DNA of 64,000 nt from Diplonema japonicum (taxonomy: Eukaryota > Protista > Euglenozoa: Diplonemea), in the NCBI GenBank assembly GCA_964019335.1, contig OZ025655.1:496001-560000 (forward strand), written 5' to 3'. Positions within the stretch are counted from its first letter, which is position 1, and each line of letters starts with the position of its first letter. This document shows positions 13,039-24,331 of this stretch, piece by piece. Below the pieces are notes generated by a model that saw nothing but the letters and a program-made list of their open reading frames with translations, searched no databases and had not been told where the DNA came from. Made by a program: the position numbers and the translations under genes.

Positions 13039-13635
13039 TTTTTTTTGTCGCCCTCCCTTTCTTTGTTTTTTTGTTGTTTTTTTTTTTTTTTTTTAGGTGG
13101 AAGCAAAAAAAAAAAAAAAAAGAATAAGAAAAAAATTGGTAGAGAAGAAGAAAAAAAAGAAGAGTCACGTGTGTGGAGGGAAGTAGGAAACCTCCCGCAG
13201 CAAAAAAAAAAAAATAATAATAATAATAAAGTGGGGAAGGAAGTGTTAAAATACACGACTCGTTGGGTGGTCAGAAATAGGGGAAGAGAAACAAAACAAA
13301 AAAAACAAGCAGAACGGAAAAAAAAGTATTAGATACTTTTTTTTACCCCTCTTTTTTTTTGTAAGCCAGATACTTGTTTCTTTCCCCATTCTTTTTCAAA
13401 AAAAAAAAATATAAACACCTTCTTTTTTGTTTCCCCAGGTCAACAAAAAAAAAAAAAAAAAAAAAAAAAAACCACTTCCTTTCTTCGGATTATAAAAAAA
13501 AAAAAAAAAATAAAAAAAAAGAATAGATATCCTTTGTCCCTTTTCATATGAATACAATGGTTCCGTGTACTGCTTCAATATTGGGGGGGAGAAAAGTTCA
13601 AAAAAAAAAATAATAATTTAAAGAAAAAGGAGATC

Positions 13636-14193
13636 CTACTGGGGGCAGAACGAAGGAATTACCCAAACGTCAGAAGGAGGGTTAGAAAGTGGGCCAACAT
13701 TATAATAGAACAGAGAGTCGTCCTCCGACCCAAGGGAAGACGAAATTTGGAAACCCTGCTCAAGGAATGGGTGACAGATTTCACCCTGGGGAGGTGTTGT
13801 GTATACTATATGCTTACTAGTAGTACTGGAAGACCACCTAGCAATCTTGCTCCCTGTGGAGATGGTAACGTCAGAAAGCCTAGCTGGGAACGAAGATCCG
13901 GGTCCGAAACAATAATTGGGGTGTTTCTGGTTGTTGGGGTACTTTTGGCAAGTGTGTTCGTTTGTCCATGACCAGTGTCCCTGTCCGTTTATGTACAGCG
14001 AACCGGCAACAGCATTTCCTGTCGCGCGTGTTGTAAAGTTCATCCCAGTGCTGTAGACGTTGAAGTCAAACGCCTTCCCATCGCTTCTAGGAGGGTACGG
14101 CGCACCATGCGCCTCGGCTTGGAACGACCCCGCACAACACGCAAAGGCAGCAGCATGCGACACACACGCTAAGACAGCAATCCCGCGGAGCAT
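13636..14193 (-). CDS. Secreted ependymin-related (EPDR-like) protein
   Basis: Signal peptide MLRGIAVLACVSHAAA, N-terminal CC..FQ, C-terminal FYYNV..PPSDVWVIPSFC; the cysteine pattern fits ependymin-related proteins. Confidence 0.55.
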   Translation of the reverse strand: MLRGIAVLACVSHAAAFACCAGSFQAEAHGAPYPPRSDGKAFDFNVYSTGMNFTTRATGNAVAGSLYINGQGHWSWTNEHTCQKYPNNQKHPNYCFGPGSSFPARLSDVTISTGSKIARWSSSTTSKHIVYTTPPQGEICHPFLEQGFQISSSLGSEDDSLFYYNVGPLSNPPSDVWVIPSFCPQ

Positions 14194-14356
14194 TTTTTTT
14201 CTTGTTCTTTTTTCTTTTTTTACCCCCTTTTCTTTCTCTTCTTTTTTTTTTTTTCCCCCTTCAGAGAAAAACAAAAAAAATAAAATAATATACGTACAGG
14301 TACAACAACATTATTTCATTTCCCCCCCCCAATTCCAATATATTTTTTTCTTTTCT

Positions 14357-15283
14357 TCACAACCCCGTGCTCATGGGAGCTTGTGTGGGTAAAGACATGG
14401 AAGTGTGATACCGCATGGGAGAGGTGTGCAAGGAAGGCTGCAGGTGCCGTTCCAAAAGAGCTTTAAGGTGTTTGATGGTTTGCTTCTTTTCAGAGAGCTT
14501 CGAGTTGAGTCTTGTGATTTCAAGTTGCAGTGTGTGCATAACCGCAGGGGAAAGGATCTGTTTCTGTTGCTCGCGTTCGACTGTCTCTACAGTGGCTGCA
14601 CGCTGCGCCTCTGCTTCTAGCAGCCTGACGTTCTCTTCCCGTGCTTCTCTGAGCTGCTCCTCAAGGAGCTCCACCCTGCTTCTGTCGATTTTAACTTTTT
14701 TCACTGAAACGTGTTGGTTCTTTCTGTATAGGGCGTGGTAGCCTTGCAGCATGTCGCTTTGGTCGTTAAGTTTCTTTGTTTGCAAGTCAAGTTCATTGCG
14801 GACGGTGGCGGTGGTTGCTTCAGCGGCTTTGATTTGTTCTTCTAGTGCCGCGCATTTCGATGTAAGATTGGTAATCGATGTCGCGACCAAGCGTCGCTTG
14901 TCGGTCCCTGTTGTTGTTAAGTCAACGCGTGAGGCGTTGGGGAGAAGGAACAGAAGGTTTGTCAGCTCCTCGTTCATGCTGGACTCTGCAGCACGTGACC
15001 TTCCCAGTTGTGATGTTAAAACTGCGTTTTCTTGCTCAGCTTGTATTAATGCTCTCTTCCCCGACTCGGCTTCTCTTTTAAATACTTCTGCGGCATCTAC
15101 ACCGGCTTCGACCCGTTGTGTCCTCACCTCTTCCATCGCCGCGTGCAACGCGTCCCTCTGCGCCACTACCAGTAACAGTTGGTTCCTTGTTTCCTCCAGG
15201 TCCTCTGTTGCCTTTGCCGCGCGTCTTCGCTCTTCCTCAGCATGCTGCTGGTACTCCAAAAGGCGTCTTTCATACGCGTCCAT
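14357..15283 (-). CDS. Coiled-coil protein, unknown function
   Basis: About 308 aa, E/Q/K/R/L-rich heptad sequence; ATG at 15283 follows a TATCCAG acceptor-like site. Confidence 0.75.
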   Translation of the reverse strand: MDAYERRLLEYQQHAEEERRRAAKATEDLEETRNQLLLVVAQRDALHAAMEEVRTQRVEAGVDAAEVFKREAESGKRALIQAEQENAVLTSQLGRSRAAESSMNEELTNLLFLLPNASRVDLTTTGTDKRRLVATSITNLTSKCAALEEQIKAAEATTATVRNELDLQTKKLNDQSDMLQGYHALYRKNQHVSVKKVKIDRSRVELLEEQLREAREENVRLLEAEAQRAATVETVEREQQKQILSPAVMHTLQLEITRLNSKLSEKKQTIKHLKALLERHLQPSLHTSPMRYHTSMSLPTQAPMSTGL

Positions 15284-15523
15284 CTTCAACTGGATATACT
15301 ACAGGGGGGGGTTACATAAAAAGAAACGGTGAAAAATAAAAATGTGAGAATAAACAGTGGTTTGTTTTATTTATTTATTTTTTTTTTCCCAGGGCCCTTC
15401 TCATTAAAAAGAGAAAAACAAAAAAGGAGGGGGGGGTAGGGAGAAGAAGAAGAAAACACTGCTATATAAGAAATGTGTAAAGGAAGAAAACCACACATAA
15501 GAAGAAAAAAAAAAAAAAAAAAA

Positions 15524-15563
15524 GAGACATTTAAGGGAACCTGCGGTATGTGGCAGGACGCCT
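15524..15563. repeat. 40-bp dispersed hairpin element, copy 1
   Basis: GAGACATTTAAGGGAACCTGCGGTATGTGGCAGGACGCCT between A-rich tracts; near-identical to the copies at 24292 and 56665. Confidence 0.95.
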
Positions 15564-15636
15564 GAGAAAAAAAAGAGGAAAAAAAAAAAAAAAAAAAAAC
15601 ACTGTTTTTCTTTTTTTTTTTTAAATTTATATCAGA

Positions 15637-16611
15637 TCACTGCTTGTTGGCAGCATGCAGATTGTCTAGAATCTCCCTTGCACCACCAGTCGCGAGTTGT
15701 TTTGAAAGGCTTGCGCCAAGCTGCGCGGATTCTTCAAGAGGAGCGGTACCAGAGAGCGAGACATTCTGCTTGCCGTCCAGAGAGTAAACCGCACCGAAAA
15801 GCGTAATATCCGTCTCTGATGTAACAGAACGGACGGCAATGGGAACGTGACAGCCGCCTTCCAGCCCTCGAAGAAGCGCCCTCTCAGCCTTGGCAACGTG
15901 GGTGGTAAGCTCATCACCAATCTCCGAGAGAAGCGACAGGATGAACTCATCACCTTCGCGGCACTCAATCGCAAGAATACCCTGCGCTACCGCGTACATG
16001 TATTTGTCTTCGCTTAAAACTTGCGTCACTCTGGAACCGTACTTCTCCTCGTTCATTCTCTCTAGACCCGCCTTTGCGAGGATGGTGCCATCGTAACCAT
16101 TTTCGTCATCGTCAAGTTTGTTCAATCGGGTACCGATGTTTCCTCTGATGTCTTTGAACTTCAGACCTGGATGGTGGTGTGCGAGGACAGCGCGTCTTCG
16201 CAAAGATGATGTACCGATAACGCTGCCGGGTGGGAGGTCGTTTAGTGATTTTGCCTCGCTTCCTTTTTTCGCAATGAAGACATCTTCTTTGGCGTGTCTC
16301 TTCATGAATGCTCCTATGCGCAACCCTTCCGGGAGGGAGGTTTGTAGATCCTTGCAGGAATGCACCGCGAAGTCAATTTCCTTTGAGTACATCTGGTTCT
16401 CCAATTCTTGTGTGAACAGTCCTTTGTCGCCGATTGCGACCAACGGCTTATCCAGAATCTTGTCACCCTTTGTCTCCGTTTCCAAGATTTCATAATCCAA
16501 ATCCGGGCGTTTTTCCTTCAGTTGAGCGATCACGTACTTAGTCTGTACCATAGCCAGCGGGCTCTTTCGTGAGCCCACTCGAATCACCCTTTTCTTGTCG
16601 CCTTCACTCAT
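15637..16611 (-). CDS. hemC: Porphobilinogen deaminase (hydroxymethylbilane synthase)
   Basis: GSRKSPLAMVQ, GDKGLFTQELE, AVHSCKD, GTSSLRR, RGNIGTRLNKL, LEGGCHVP (cofactor Cys). Confidence 0.97.
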   Translation of the reverse strand: MSEGDKKRVIRVGSRKSPLAMVQTKYVIAQLKEKRPDLDYEILETETKGDKILDKPLVAIGDKGLFTQELENQMYSKEIDFAVHSCKDLQTSLPEGLRIGAFMKRHAKEDVFIAKKGSEAKSLNDLPPGSVIGTSSLRRRAVLAHHHPGLKFKDIRGNIGTRLNKLDDDENGYDGTILAKAGLERMNEEKYGSRVTQVLSEDKYMYAVAQGILAIECREGDEFILSLLSEIGDELTTHVAKAERALLRGLEGGCHVPIAVRSVTSETDITLFGAVYSLDGKQNVSLSGTAPLEESAQLGASLSKQLATGGAREILDNLHAANKQ

Positions 16612-17015
16612 TTTTTTTGTGGGGATTGTGCTCTTTTTTTTTTGTGAGATTTAACTTAACATGGTGTATTTAAAAAAAAAAGGTGGGGAGGGGGGAAGGA
16701 AAAAAAAAATGGGGGGGGTAAAAGGATAAAAAAAAAGAAGAAACACCGACCCTAGAAGAATGGGAACGAAAAGGAAGAAAAGAAAAAAAGAAGAAGAAGA
16801 AAAAAAAAAAAAAAACCAACACACATTACACACCGCCTTTGTATAATGGGTGGATATTATAAAAAAAGATTAAAAAAAAAAAAGGAGGGCAAAAAAAAAA
16901 AGGGAGAGAAAAGAAGAAGAAAAAAAAAGTGAGTAAAGAGGGGAGTCAACGGAACTTCGCTCCCCCCCTCCCCCCCCCCCTTTTTTTGCCAACTTATTTT
17001 TTTTTTTTTTTGAAA

Positions 17016-17194
17016 TACCCCCTTTCGTCATTTAGGTCGCTGAACTTGGGTCTTATTTCGCGTGAAGTTGTAGTCTGCCCTTTTCACAGTGAGCTTCCGC
17101 AGTAAAGTGCTCTTATCACACACATCGCAAAGCTCACACCTATTAGAGTGGCACGGGGTCCTAAGTGAGTTAAGAAAATGACAAAGGGGGTGTA
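17016..17194. repeat. Fold-back element of about 180 bp (degenerate MITE or structured RNA)
   Basis: ACCCCCTTT(C)GTCATTT ... AAATGACAAAGGGGGT with TA at both outer ends; internal stems ACTTGGG/CCTAAGT, GTGAA/TTCAC, GTGAGCTT/AAGCTCAC. Confidence 0.55.
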
Positions 17195-17414
17195 AAAAAT
17201 ATATTGCATGTGCACTTCCAACAAGAAAGAGGGTCCCATCGTCCCTCTGTGCTCGGTCTTCGTTTTCTCCCTTTTCCCCATGTATAACAATCACTGCACA
17301 TTGGGGGGAGAGGGTGTTAAAGAAAGGGATAGAGAGAAAACCAAGGTGTGAAGGGAAGACAATGGTCTTTTCCCTCCTTTTTTTGTTGTTTTTTTTTTTT
17401 TTTTTTTTTTTGTT

Positions 17415-17446
<32 letters not shown>

Positions 17447-18617
17447 CGTTCCTTAAAAACCTGGATATCCCTTCCCTCCATGTTTGTTTCTTTGTTTCTT
17501 TTACCCCCCCCCCCCCAGATCCGGCTCACTACACCAATTACACTATAGGAAGAGAGAAAAGAAAAAAAAAAAAAACCAGGTAACTAGCTTAGCGGGACAT
17601 ACCCACAGAAGAAGAGAAAAAATGTGGCTTAAATAAATACATTTACCTTGGTACTCCCCCAAAGAGGCGGGTAACTGGGGCTTGAGGACGGGGTGAGAGA
17701 AAAAAAAAAAAGAGGAGTTGCAGGTTTCTGCAGCCTTGCTATTTCTTTTTTTCCATTTTTTTTTTTTCCGTAAATAGGGTTTTTTTTATTTTTCTTTCTT
17801 TTTCAGTGATACCTTTAATCTGGATATCAATCCCCTCCCCTCATTTCTTTTTCTATTCACTCATTACGCATCGAAGGTACTAAAAGAGGGGCCCCTATTA
17901 TTTCTTTCTGTTTTGTGTTTCCTTTCTTCTTTTCTTCCCAAAGTCTTCTGTATAAATCTGTACTAAGAGCAGAGGGGCGAGGTTGCCCCCCCACCCTCCT
18001 CCTTTTTTTTTTCTTTTTCTTTTTTTCCCTTCTCACTTTCATCTTTTTAACCGTATTTCAAGGGGGGTGGGCGTGGTGGGAATAAACGAAAATAATCTTT
18101 TTTTGAAACAATGGGGGACAACAGGGGGGAAGGGGGGTAGATGAAGTGGGAGATGAAGACAAGAGATTGCGGAGCTGTTTCTGTTTTTTTTTTTAATTTT
18201 TATTTCCCTTTTTCTTGGAAAAAAAGGGGGAAGGGGGAGAAGTGACGCCCCTCGGGAGGAAGGGGAGAGAGGAAAATCTACTACTAACTTTTTTTTTCCC
18301 ATAAAAATATTCTTGAAAAAAATGCATAAGAAAGATCACTACCTAATTATTTTCTTCTTTCTTTAATTCACTGCCCCCCCTACCCCCTCCTTTTTTCTTT
18401 CTTTCTTTTATTTATTTTATTAAAAAAATTACTATGATGGGTGAAGGGATAGCAACGACCCACCAAGAAAAAAGGATAAAAAAAAAAAAACTATTGTAAA
18501 CTAGCTGCATGCTGTAATTTTGTTTGTACGTGCCGGGTAAAACTTGGAGAAGTCTGTCAACCCGAAACACGTTGCCAACGTTCCCCTCTTGTTTAGACAA
18601 GTCAAAAACTCGTTCTT

Positions 18618-18661
<44 letters not shown>

Positions 18662-18673
18662 GAAAAAATCAAA

Positions 18674-21414
18674 CTACGAGTAGTGATAAGCTTCACCAAC
18701 CCCGGAACTGTATAAAGTTTCATTTTTTTTTTTTTTGATTAATTTCCATACGTCCAGGATGTGTCCTGAGCACTGCGTGCCCCTGGGACGGGTGCTGTCG
18801 GCATGACCTTCACAGCGTGCTGCTGCAAAGAAAAAAGAAAAAAAATAAGATTTTCCCATTATTTTATTTGTATCCCATACTGTGTAAGGAAGAGGAGCTG
18901 TGGGGGACCCTTGATACACTCTTGATGGGTCCACGAACTGTGTTGTGTATTTTTTTTTTTTTTACTCTCCCTTTCCCTGCTGTTGTCAAACCTGGCTTTG
19001 CGGCAGCGATCCAGTACGTACCATTCCGTTTGTGGGAGGGTACTGCATGCCTGCTTTTTTTTTTTGTGTGTTTGTTTTTTTTTTTTTTTTTTTTTCCTTT
19101 AATAATACCATTTGGGAGAGGGTAAAGAGATTGCGCAAAGAAGCTTGGAGGCAGAGCACCAGGTGGCACTGGACCCTTGTTCGGGAACACATGTGGTTGT
19201 TGATGCTGCTGAGGCTGAACGGGAAACTGGACTTGATGGATACCGGGGCCTTGCCCCTTCCTGGTCACGTAGACCAGCGCTCCTGCCTTGATGGCGTACT
19301 CTTTGCACGCGCTGTTGTCGTTCACGAGTGGGACCCCGTCCTTCGTGGTGATGTGCTGCATGGCAGGCGTAATGCCTAGGTTGTCGTTGATAAGCTGTTT
19401 CAGCTTGCTCACCTTCACCTTCGCCCAGTTGCCCTTCATCAGCAGCCTCTTGTGCTCGTCCACATCGACGACAGAGATCTCGCCGTTCCATTCGTCTGCG
19501 GTGGGCGTCTCGTGGTAGAAGTACATCGTGTGCCACGCACAGTCGGACACACCGCAGTCCTTTATCTTGCACGTGTGGCGGAACTCCTTCTGGTGGTCGG
19601 GGTCGTTGATGTCTTGGCACAGCTTGTCCTTCTTGCACATCGGCAGCGGTGGTGGCGGGGCCGCACCATGCCCATGCCCATGCCCCATTTGTGGTTGCTG
19701 AAAAGGTGGCGTCATACTGTACGGGAGCCCACCCGGAGGCATCACAGGGACAGGAGGGATGGGGACAGGTACCTGCTGCATGATAGGCGCAGAGGACGGG
19801 GGCGGGAGGGCGGGGGGCTTGGGATGCGTGAAGACAAGGACCATCTCCCTGTCGATGCCCTGCTGCAGCATGTAGACGTGTGAGGGGTCGGGGCGGTTGC
19901 CATCGATGGACGACAGGATCATGCCCTCCCGCAGGCCCTTTTCCCTAGCATGCCTTGTGGGGACATCTGACAGCTTGAGGATCCCATCGGTGCAAACAAA
20001 ACCCATGCGGTGCCCCTTCCTCAGGACGTATGACACTTCACCAGCGTTTAAGATGGGGCTGCAAGGAGCGCTGTTGGCAAGGTCATTCTTGGGAGAGTTC
20101 ACGGGTGAGGGGCTGCTGTGGCGGGAGAGGCCGTTCTGAGGGGGGCGGTTTTGCGGTGCGCGGTAGATACCACGGCTTTCGGAGTGCGGGACGATAGGCA
20201 GGCATGCCTCAGTGGGTGAGATAGATGAAGAAGCAGAAGGTGACGTGCCCTTTGGTGGGTGGGGGGGTGGTGTGGGCTGTCTGGGAGGAGAGGGCGGTGA
20301 CGAAGGAAGAAGAAGGTCTCTTCGTGTCGTCTTCTCCTGCTCCTTCAGGCTCTTCCTCGTCTTCTCTTCGTCCCCTTTGATCCTCACGCGGTCCTTATCC
20401 TCGTCTTTGCCGTACCTCTTGCGCAGATCACTGAACAACTTGTCCAGTTTCACCTTTCTTTCTTCTTTTTCTTCTTTCTCCTTTTTCTTCCTCTTCGCCG
20501 CCTCCTCCTCTTCAAGCTTTCTAGATGTTTCAGCTGCCTTCCGCTCTTCCTCAATTCGTCGCTTCTTTTCCAGCTCCTCGGCTATTCTTTTTTCTTCTTC
20601 TTCTTTTGCGATCCTGGCTGCTTCAGCCTGACGTGTTGCCTCAGCTTTGCTTTCTTCGATTTTTCGCCGTTCCTCTTCTTCTTGTTTTTTTCGTTCCTCT
20701 GCTGCTTCTTCTTCTTCCGCGCTCGCTTTGCTTTGTTTCTCTTTATCCTCCTCGTCTTCTTTTTCTGTTTCCGAATCGGGCGGCACCCCGTTCTCCTTTT
20801 CGTTTTTCCCCGTCTCTTCTGTTATCTTTGACTTCTTTTTGTTCCCTTTGGGTTTGGTGGACGGTGAGTCGTCGGTGAGCGGTGTGTCAGCGACTGGTTC
20901 AGCTACCGATACTTCGGGTGCTGTAGCCTCGAGAACAAGCTCGGGCTCCGGAGAAGGACAGGAGTCTTCCACAATGGTTTCTACTGTCTCGGGCTTCTGC
21001 TCCTGTTGTTCTTTTGAGTCGCTGTCACCGAGAGGCCCGAGACACTTTGCTTTGTTTGCTGCAGCACGCTTCTTCTTTTCTGTTGGGAGAGTTTTTTTTT
21101 TTTTAATTTTTTTGGGTTATACCTCTTTTCTTCTTGCTGATGCTGTGTCCGGACAGCGCTTCTAACGGTTTGCTCAACTGCGTAAGGGACTTTTTTACAG
21201 GTGCGACATCGCTGCTCACCTTCTTCTCTACTGAGTCTGCTCCCTTCTTGTTGAGATATATCCAAAATACTGCTACGCCCACCACTGCAAACATAAAAGT
21301 TATCGCAAGCAGCGCAGCAGGGTCATTGCCCTCGTAGGCTGCCTGTGGGAGAGTGAATTTCTTATTATTAAAAAAAAAAAAAAAAACCGATTCAACACAT
21401 ACTTGAGCAACCAT
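18674..21414 (-). CDS. Membrane-anchored protein with coiled coil, PDZ-like domain, two PBZ-like zinc fingers and a ubiquitin-like domain, 7 exons
   Basis: Introns 21361-21402, 21080-21122, 19051-19108, 18938-18991, 18823-18880 and 18708-18751 give one frame. TM ALLAITFMFAVVGVAVFWIYL; CKKDKLC..H..FRH and CKIKDC..H..FYH; KVSKLKQLI..GITPAMQHI..L..Y.IKAG. Confidence 0.75.
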
Positions 21415-21563
21415 TCTCCTTTATAAGGACTCGCTTACCCAGGTGCCAGCAAGGGTCCAAGACCGGGGGTTGTGGAAGGAAAAGGGGAGAAAATGTACAG
21501 TGTGGGTTTTTTTTTTTTTCGTCTTCTCGTGTTCGTTTAGATGCGTTTATGTCTGTTCGGAAT

Positions 21564-21605
<42 letters not shown>

Positions 21606-21763
21606 CTTTTTTTTTTTTTTATGGTGCCATATATATATTTTTTTTTTTTTCGTTTGTTTCTTCTTTTCCACCCTTCCCCACTCCTTTTTTTTTTTTTTTT
21701 TTTTTTTGTGAAGAATTTTTCGTTTGCAGAACGGGGAAAAAAAAAAATATATATATGCCTCCA

Positions 21764-22699
21764 CTACAAAACTTTGACTTCAAACATGACGTTTTCTTTG
21801 AAGTAGACAAGCAGCTCATCCTTGATGCCTTCTTGAGAACGGGATGTCACACATAAAGCTTTTTTTTTATCGAAGGTGACAGAAGACACCACGCCGATTA
21901 ACCTCCTTGTGTTCTTGGCGAAAATATAGCCAGAAACCGAAAACACCCCCCGTGAAACTGCGACGAAGCTCGCGGTGGCATATGGGGCGGGCAACGCTTC
22001 TGGGACAGGCAGCGAAAAGAAAGCAGAGTTCGGAAAGGCGTCTGGGAACCGTGTTGCGATGCACTCCGTTGTCTGCCATTCCTCCTTGCCAACTGTGAGA
22101 AATCCTTTCGAGGCGATTCTCCACCATGAATCTGGACTCTGCTGCTTTTTATTTTTCGCTTGAAAAAATAAAATGTGAACTGTCTCAGACAACGGGTCGT
22201 CCCATGTCGTGATGGAATCATTTTTTTTTACAAGCTCTGCAACAATCGATGCCCGTTTGCGGCCCTTCACACAATAGTACCTGCAGTCCTTTTGAACAGT
22301 TGCTGCGGTGAAAAATCTTTCCGTCTCGTTCGGGATCACGATCAACCCTTCTTCCCCCGGGACTGTTATGACGGGAAATTCCTCCCCCGTGGGGTTTTTC
22401 GAATTGTCAGAAACCTTCACAACCGACTTCCACAGAGACATGTCAACCCCTATGGCGTGCTGCTTCACGGCTTTGATCGTCCGTCGATGGACACGCTGCT
22501 TGCTTCTCAATGGTTTGCCTTTGTCAAGCACCAATCTTTTTTCCACGTTTTTCTCCCCCGTTTTTCTCACCCTGACCGAGCTCCTGGCGCGCCGCCGACG
22601 GGACAGCAACATAGGCTTCACACGCCCGACCTCCCCCACCAGTTTTAAAATGCTGTCCCTCCTTTCCGCAACCAATTGTGCTACGTTCAACGACTCCAT
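21764..22699 (-). CDS. Highly reduced POP1-like (RNase P/MRP protein subunit) candidate
   Basis: 311 aa ORF with POP1-like motifs in the expected order: VAQLVAERRDSI, RRRRARS, KRLVL..G.PL....R..R, DMSLW, and C-terminal RLIGVVSS.TF. The ORF is solid; the identity is tentative. Confidence 0.5.
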   Translation of the reverse strand: MESLNVAQLVAERRDSILKLVGEVGRVKPMLLSRRRRARSSVRVRKTGEKNVEKRLVLDKGKPLRSKQRVHRRTIKAVKQHAIGVDMSLWKSVVKVSDNSKNPTGEEFPVITVPGEEGLIVIPNETERFFTAATVQKDCRYYCVKGRKRASIVAELVKKNDSITTWDDPLSETVHILFFQAKNKKQQSPDSWWRIASKGFLTVGKEEWQTTECIATRFPDAFPNSAFFSLPVPEALPAPYATASFVAVSRGVFSVSGYIFAKNTRRLIGVVSSVTFDKKKALCVTSRSQEGIKDELLVYFKENVMFEVKVL

Positions 22700-22856
22700 T
22701 ATCTTTTTTTTTTTTGTCCCTTCTTTTAAGAGAAAAAAAAACGGTATTGCTCTGAAAAAGAAAAAAAGAAAAAATTCTAGAAAGGGGGGGGGGGGGGGAA
22801 TTGGGGAAAATAAAGGAGAATGCTACAATTTATACTTTTATTTTTTCCCCCCCCCT

Positions 22857-24196
22857 TCACAGCCTAAGATAAGATTCCAAACTAGGCTGCACAGTCGGTA
22901 ATCGTTTAGTAGCTAGCGACATCCCCGTACGCTGGATATTTTTTTTTTTTTTTTTTTTTTTTTTTCCTTCCCTCCCCTTCCCCATACCTTTAAAAAAGCC
23001 GACCCCAACGCGACCAAAAAAGAACGTGCACTGGGGGCTGTAAGTTGCATCCCCAAATCACTTCCATGCGTAGGGACCTTCAACCCGATAAACCCGTCAT
23101 CAGTGGTGTATAAGCAATCGATGTGTTCTAACGCGACAGTCTGCTCGATCACGCCTGACAAATTCTCGCAGCGAAGGTGTACATCAGTGAGAACAGCTGT
23201 ACGGGAGCACGGCGGGAGGTCGTTCGTGACCTTCAAAAACGACACCGCATGGATGCCTCTATGAGGCGATGTCACCACTGAATCAACAAAACCTTTCACA
23301 GGCGGAGACCTAAACGGCGACTGCGACACAGAAGGTGGTTGATACGCCCTCATAGGCTGCTGCGTTGTTCGCAACGTCTTCCTCCCAGAGGTGTCGGTAG
23401 TTCTTGTAAACCTCGACGACGATGTAACAACAGACTTCTGAGACTGCGCATCAGTAGCAGCAGGCTCCAAGACGGGCAACAATGGTTCCACGGTTTTTGC
23501 AAATTCGGTGTATTCAAACACACCACCCAGAGGGTTGCTGAAACTGCTTGGTGGGACAGCCAAGCTTATACCCTCCACAGGGTCTATAATCTCACATGAG
23601 GCAGCGCTAATAAGCAAACTCGAAATAACAGCAATGTCAGCCGCTTTCAGTTCCACAACACGGTGTACAGTAAGGACTCTGACTTTGTCCTTGCCGATGA
23701 GTTCTCTTCTTACATCGTCCGTGTCGCGGATGTCCGACCCATCTATGGCAAGTATGGTATGGGACGTTGTGATCCCGGCTATGTCCGCAGGGCTGCCTTC
23801 TTCCACAGATACCACCTGGCCGTTGACTACCTCGATCCCCATCTCGTCGGAGTTCTTCATGTTCACCCATATCGCCTCGCGTGGCTCGTGATCTTCGTCG
23901 TCAGACAGTTTATAGTATATTAGAACAAGGACGAAGCAGCACAACATCACGCAGAGGACTATAATCAGTGCTACCACACCGCTGTCAAAACCACTGTCGC
24001 TTCCTTGAACAGGTAGTGTGTGGGTTGATGAGAAGGTCAAGGTGTGTGTTAACGAAATGGTAGGTGTCGGGGGTGATAGTGTCAACGTCGCTGTGCCTGT
24101 TGCCGTCATCGTTGCCGTTATTGTCAACGTGCCACTGACTGTATGGGTCAGTGTTGGTGATACGGAAGGCGTGATCGTGGGGGTTGGTGTGCTCAT
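22857..24196 (-). CDS. Single-pass membrane protein: Thr-rich ectodomain, TM, PDZ domain, C-terminal PH-like domain
   Basis: TPT/TLT-rich N-terminus, TM VVALIIVLCVMLCCFVLVLIYY, PDZ VVSVEEGSPADIAGI..ILAIDG. Intron 22932-22987, then RTGMSL...YLRL*. Confidence 0.8.
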
Positions 24197-24291
24197 AACA
24201 CTTTTTTCCCCCGTTTGACGCGCATGATCCTAGTGTTGGGGTGATAATTTGGAAGAAGGAAAACGAAAAAAAAAAAAAAAAAAAAAAAAAA

Positions 24292-24331
24292 GAGACATTT
24301 AAGGGTACCTGCGGTATGTGGCAGGACGCCT
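24292..24331. repeat. 40-bp dispersed hairpin element, copy 2
   Basis: GAGACATTTAAGGGTACCTGCGGTATGTGGCAGGACGCCT directly between two A-runs. Confidence 0.95.
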
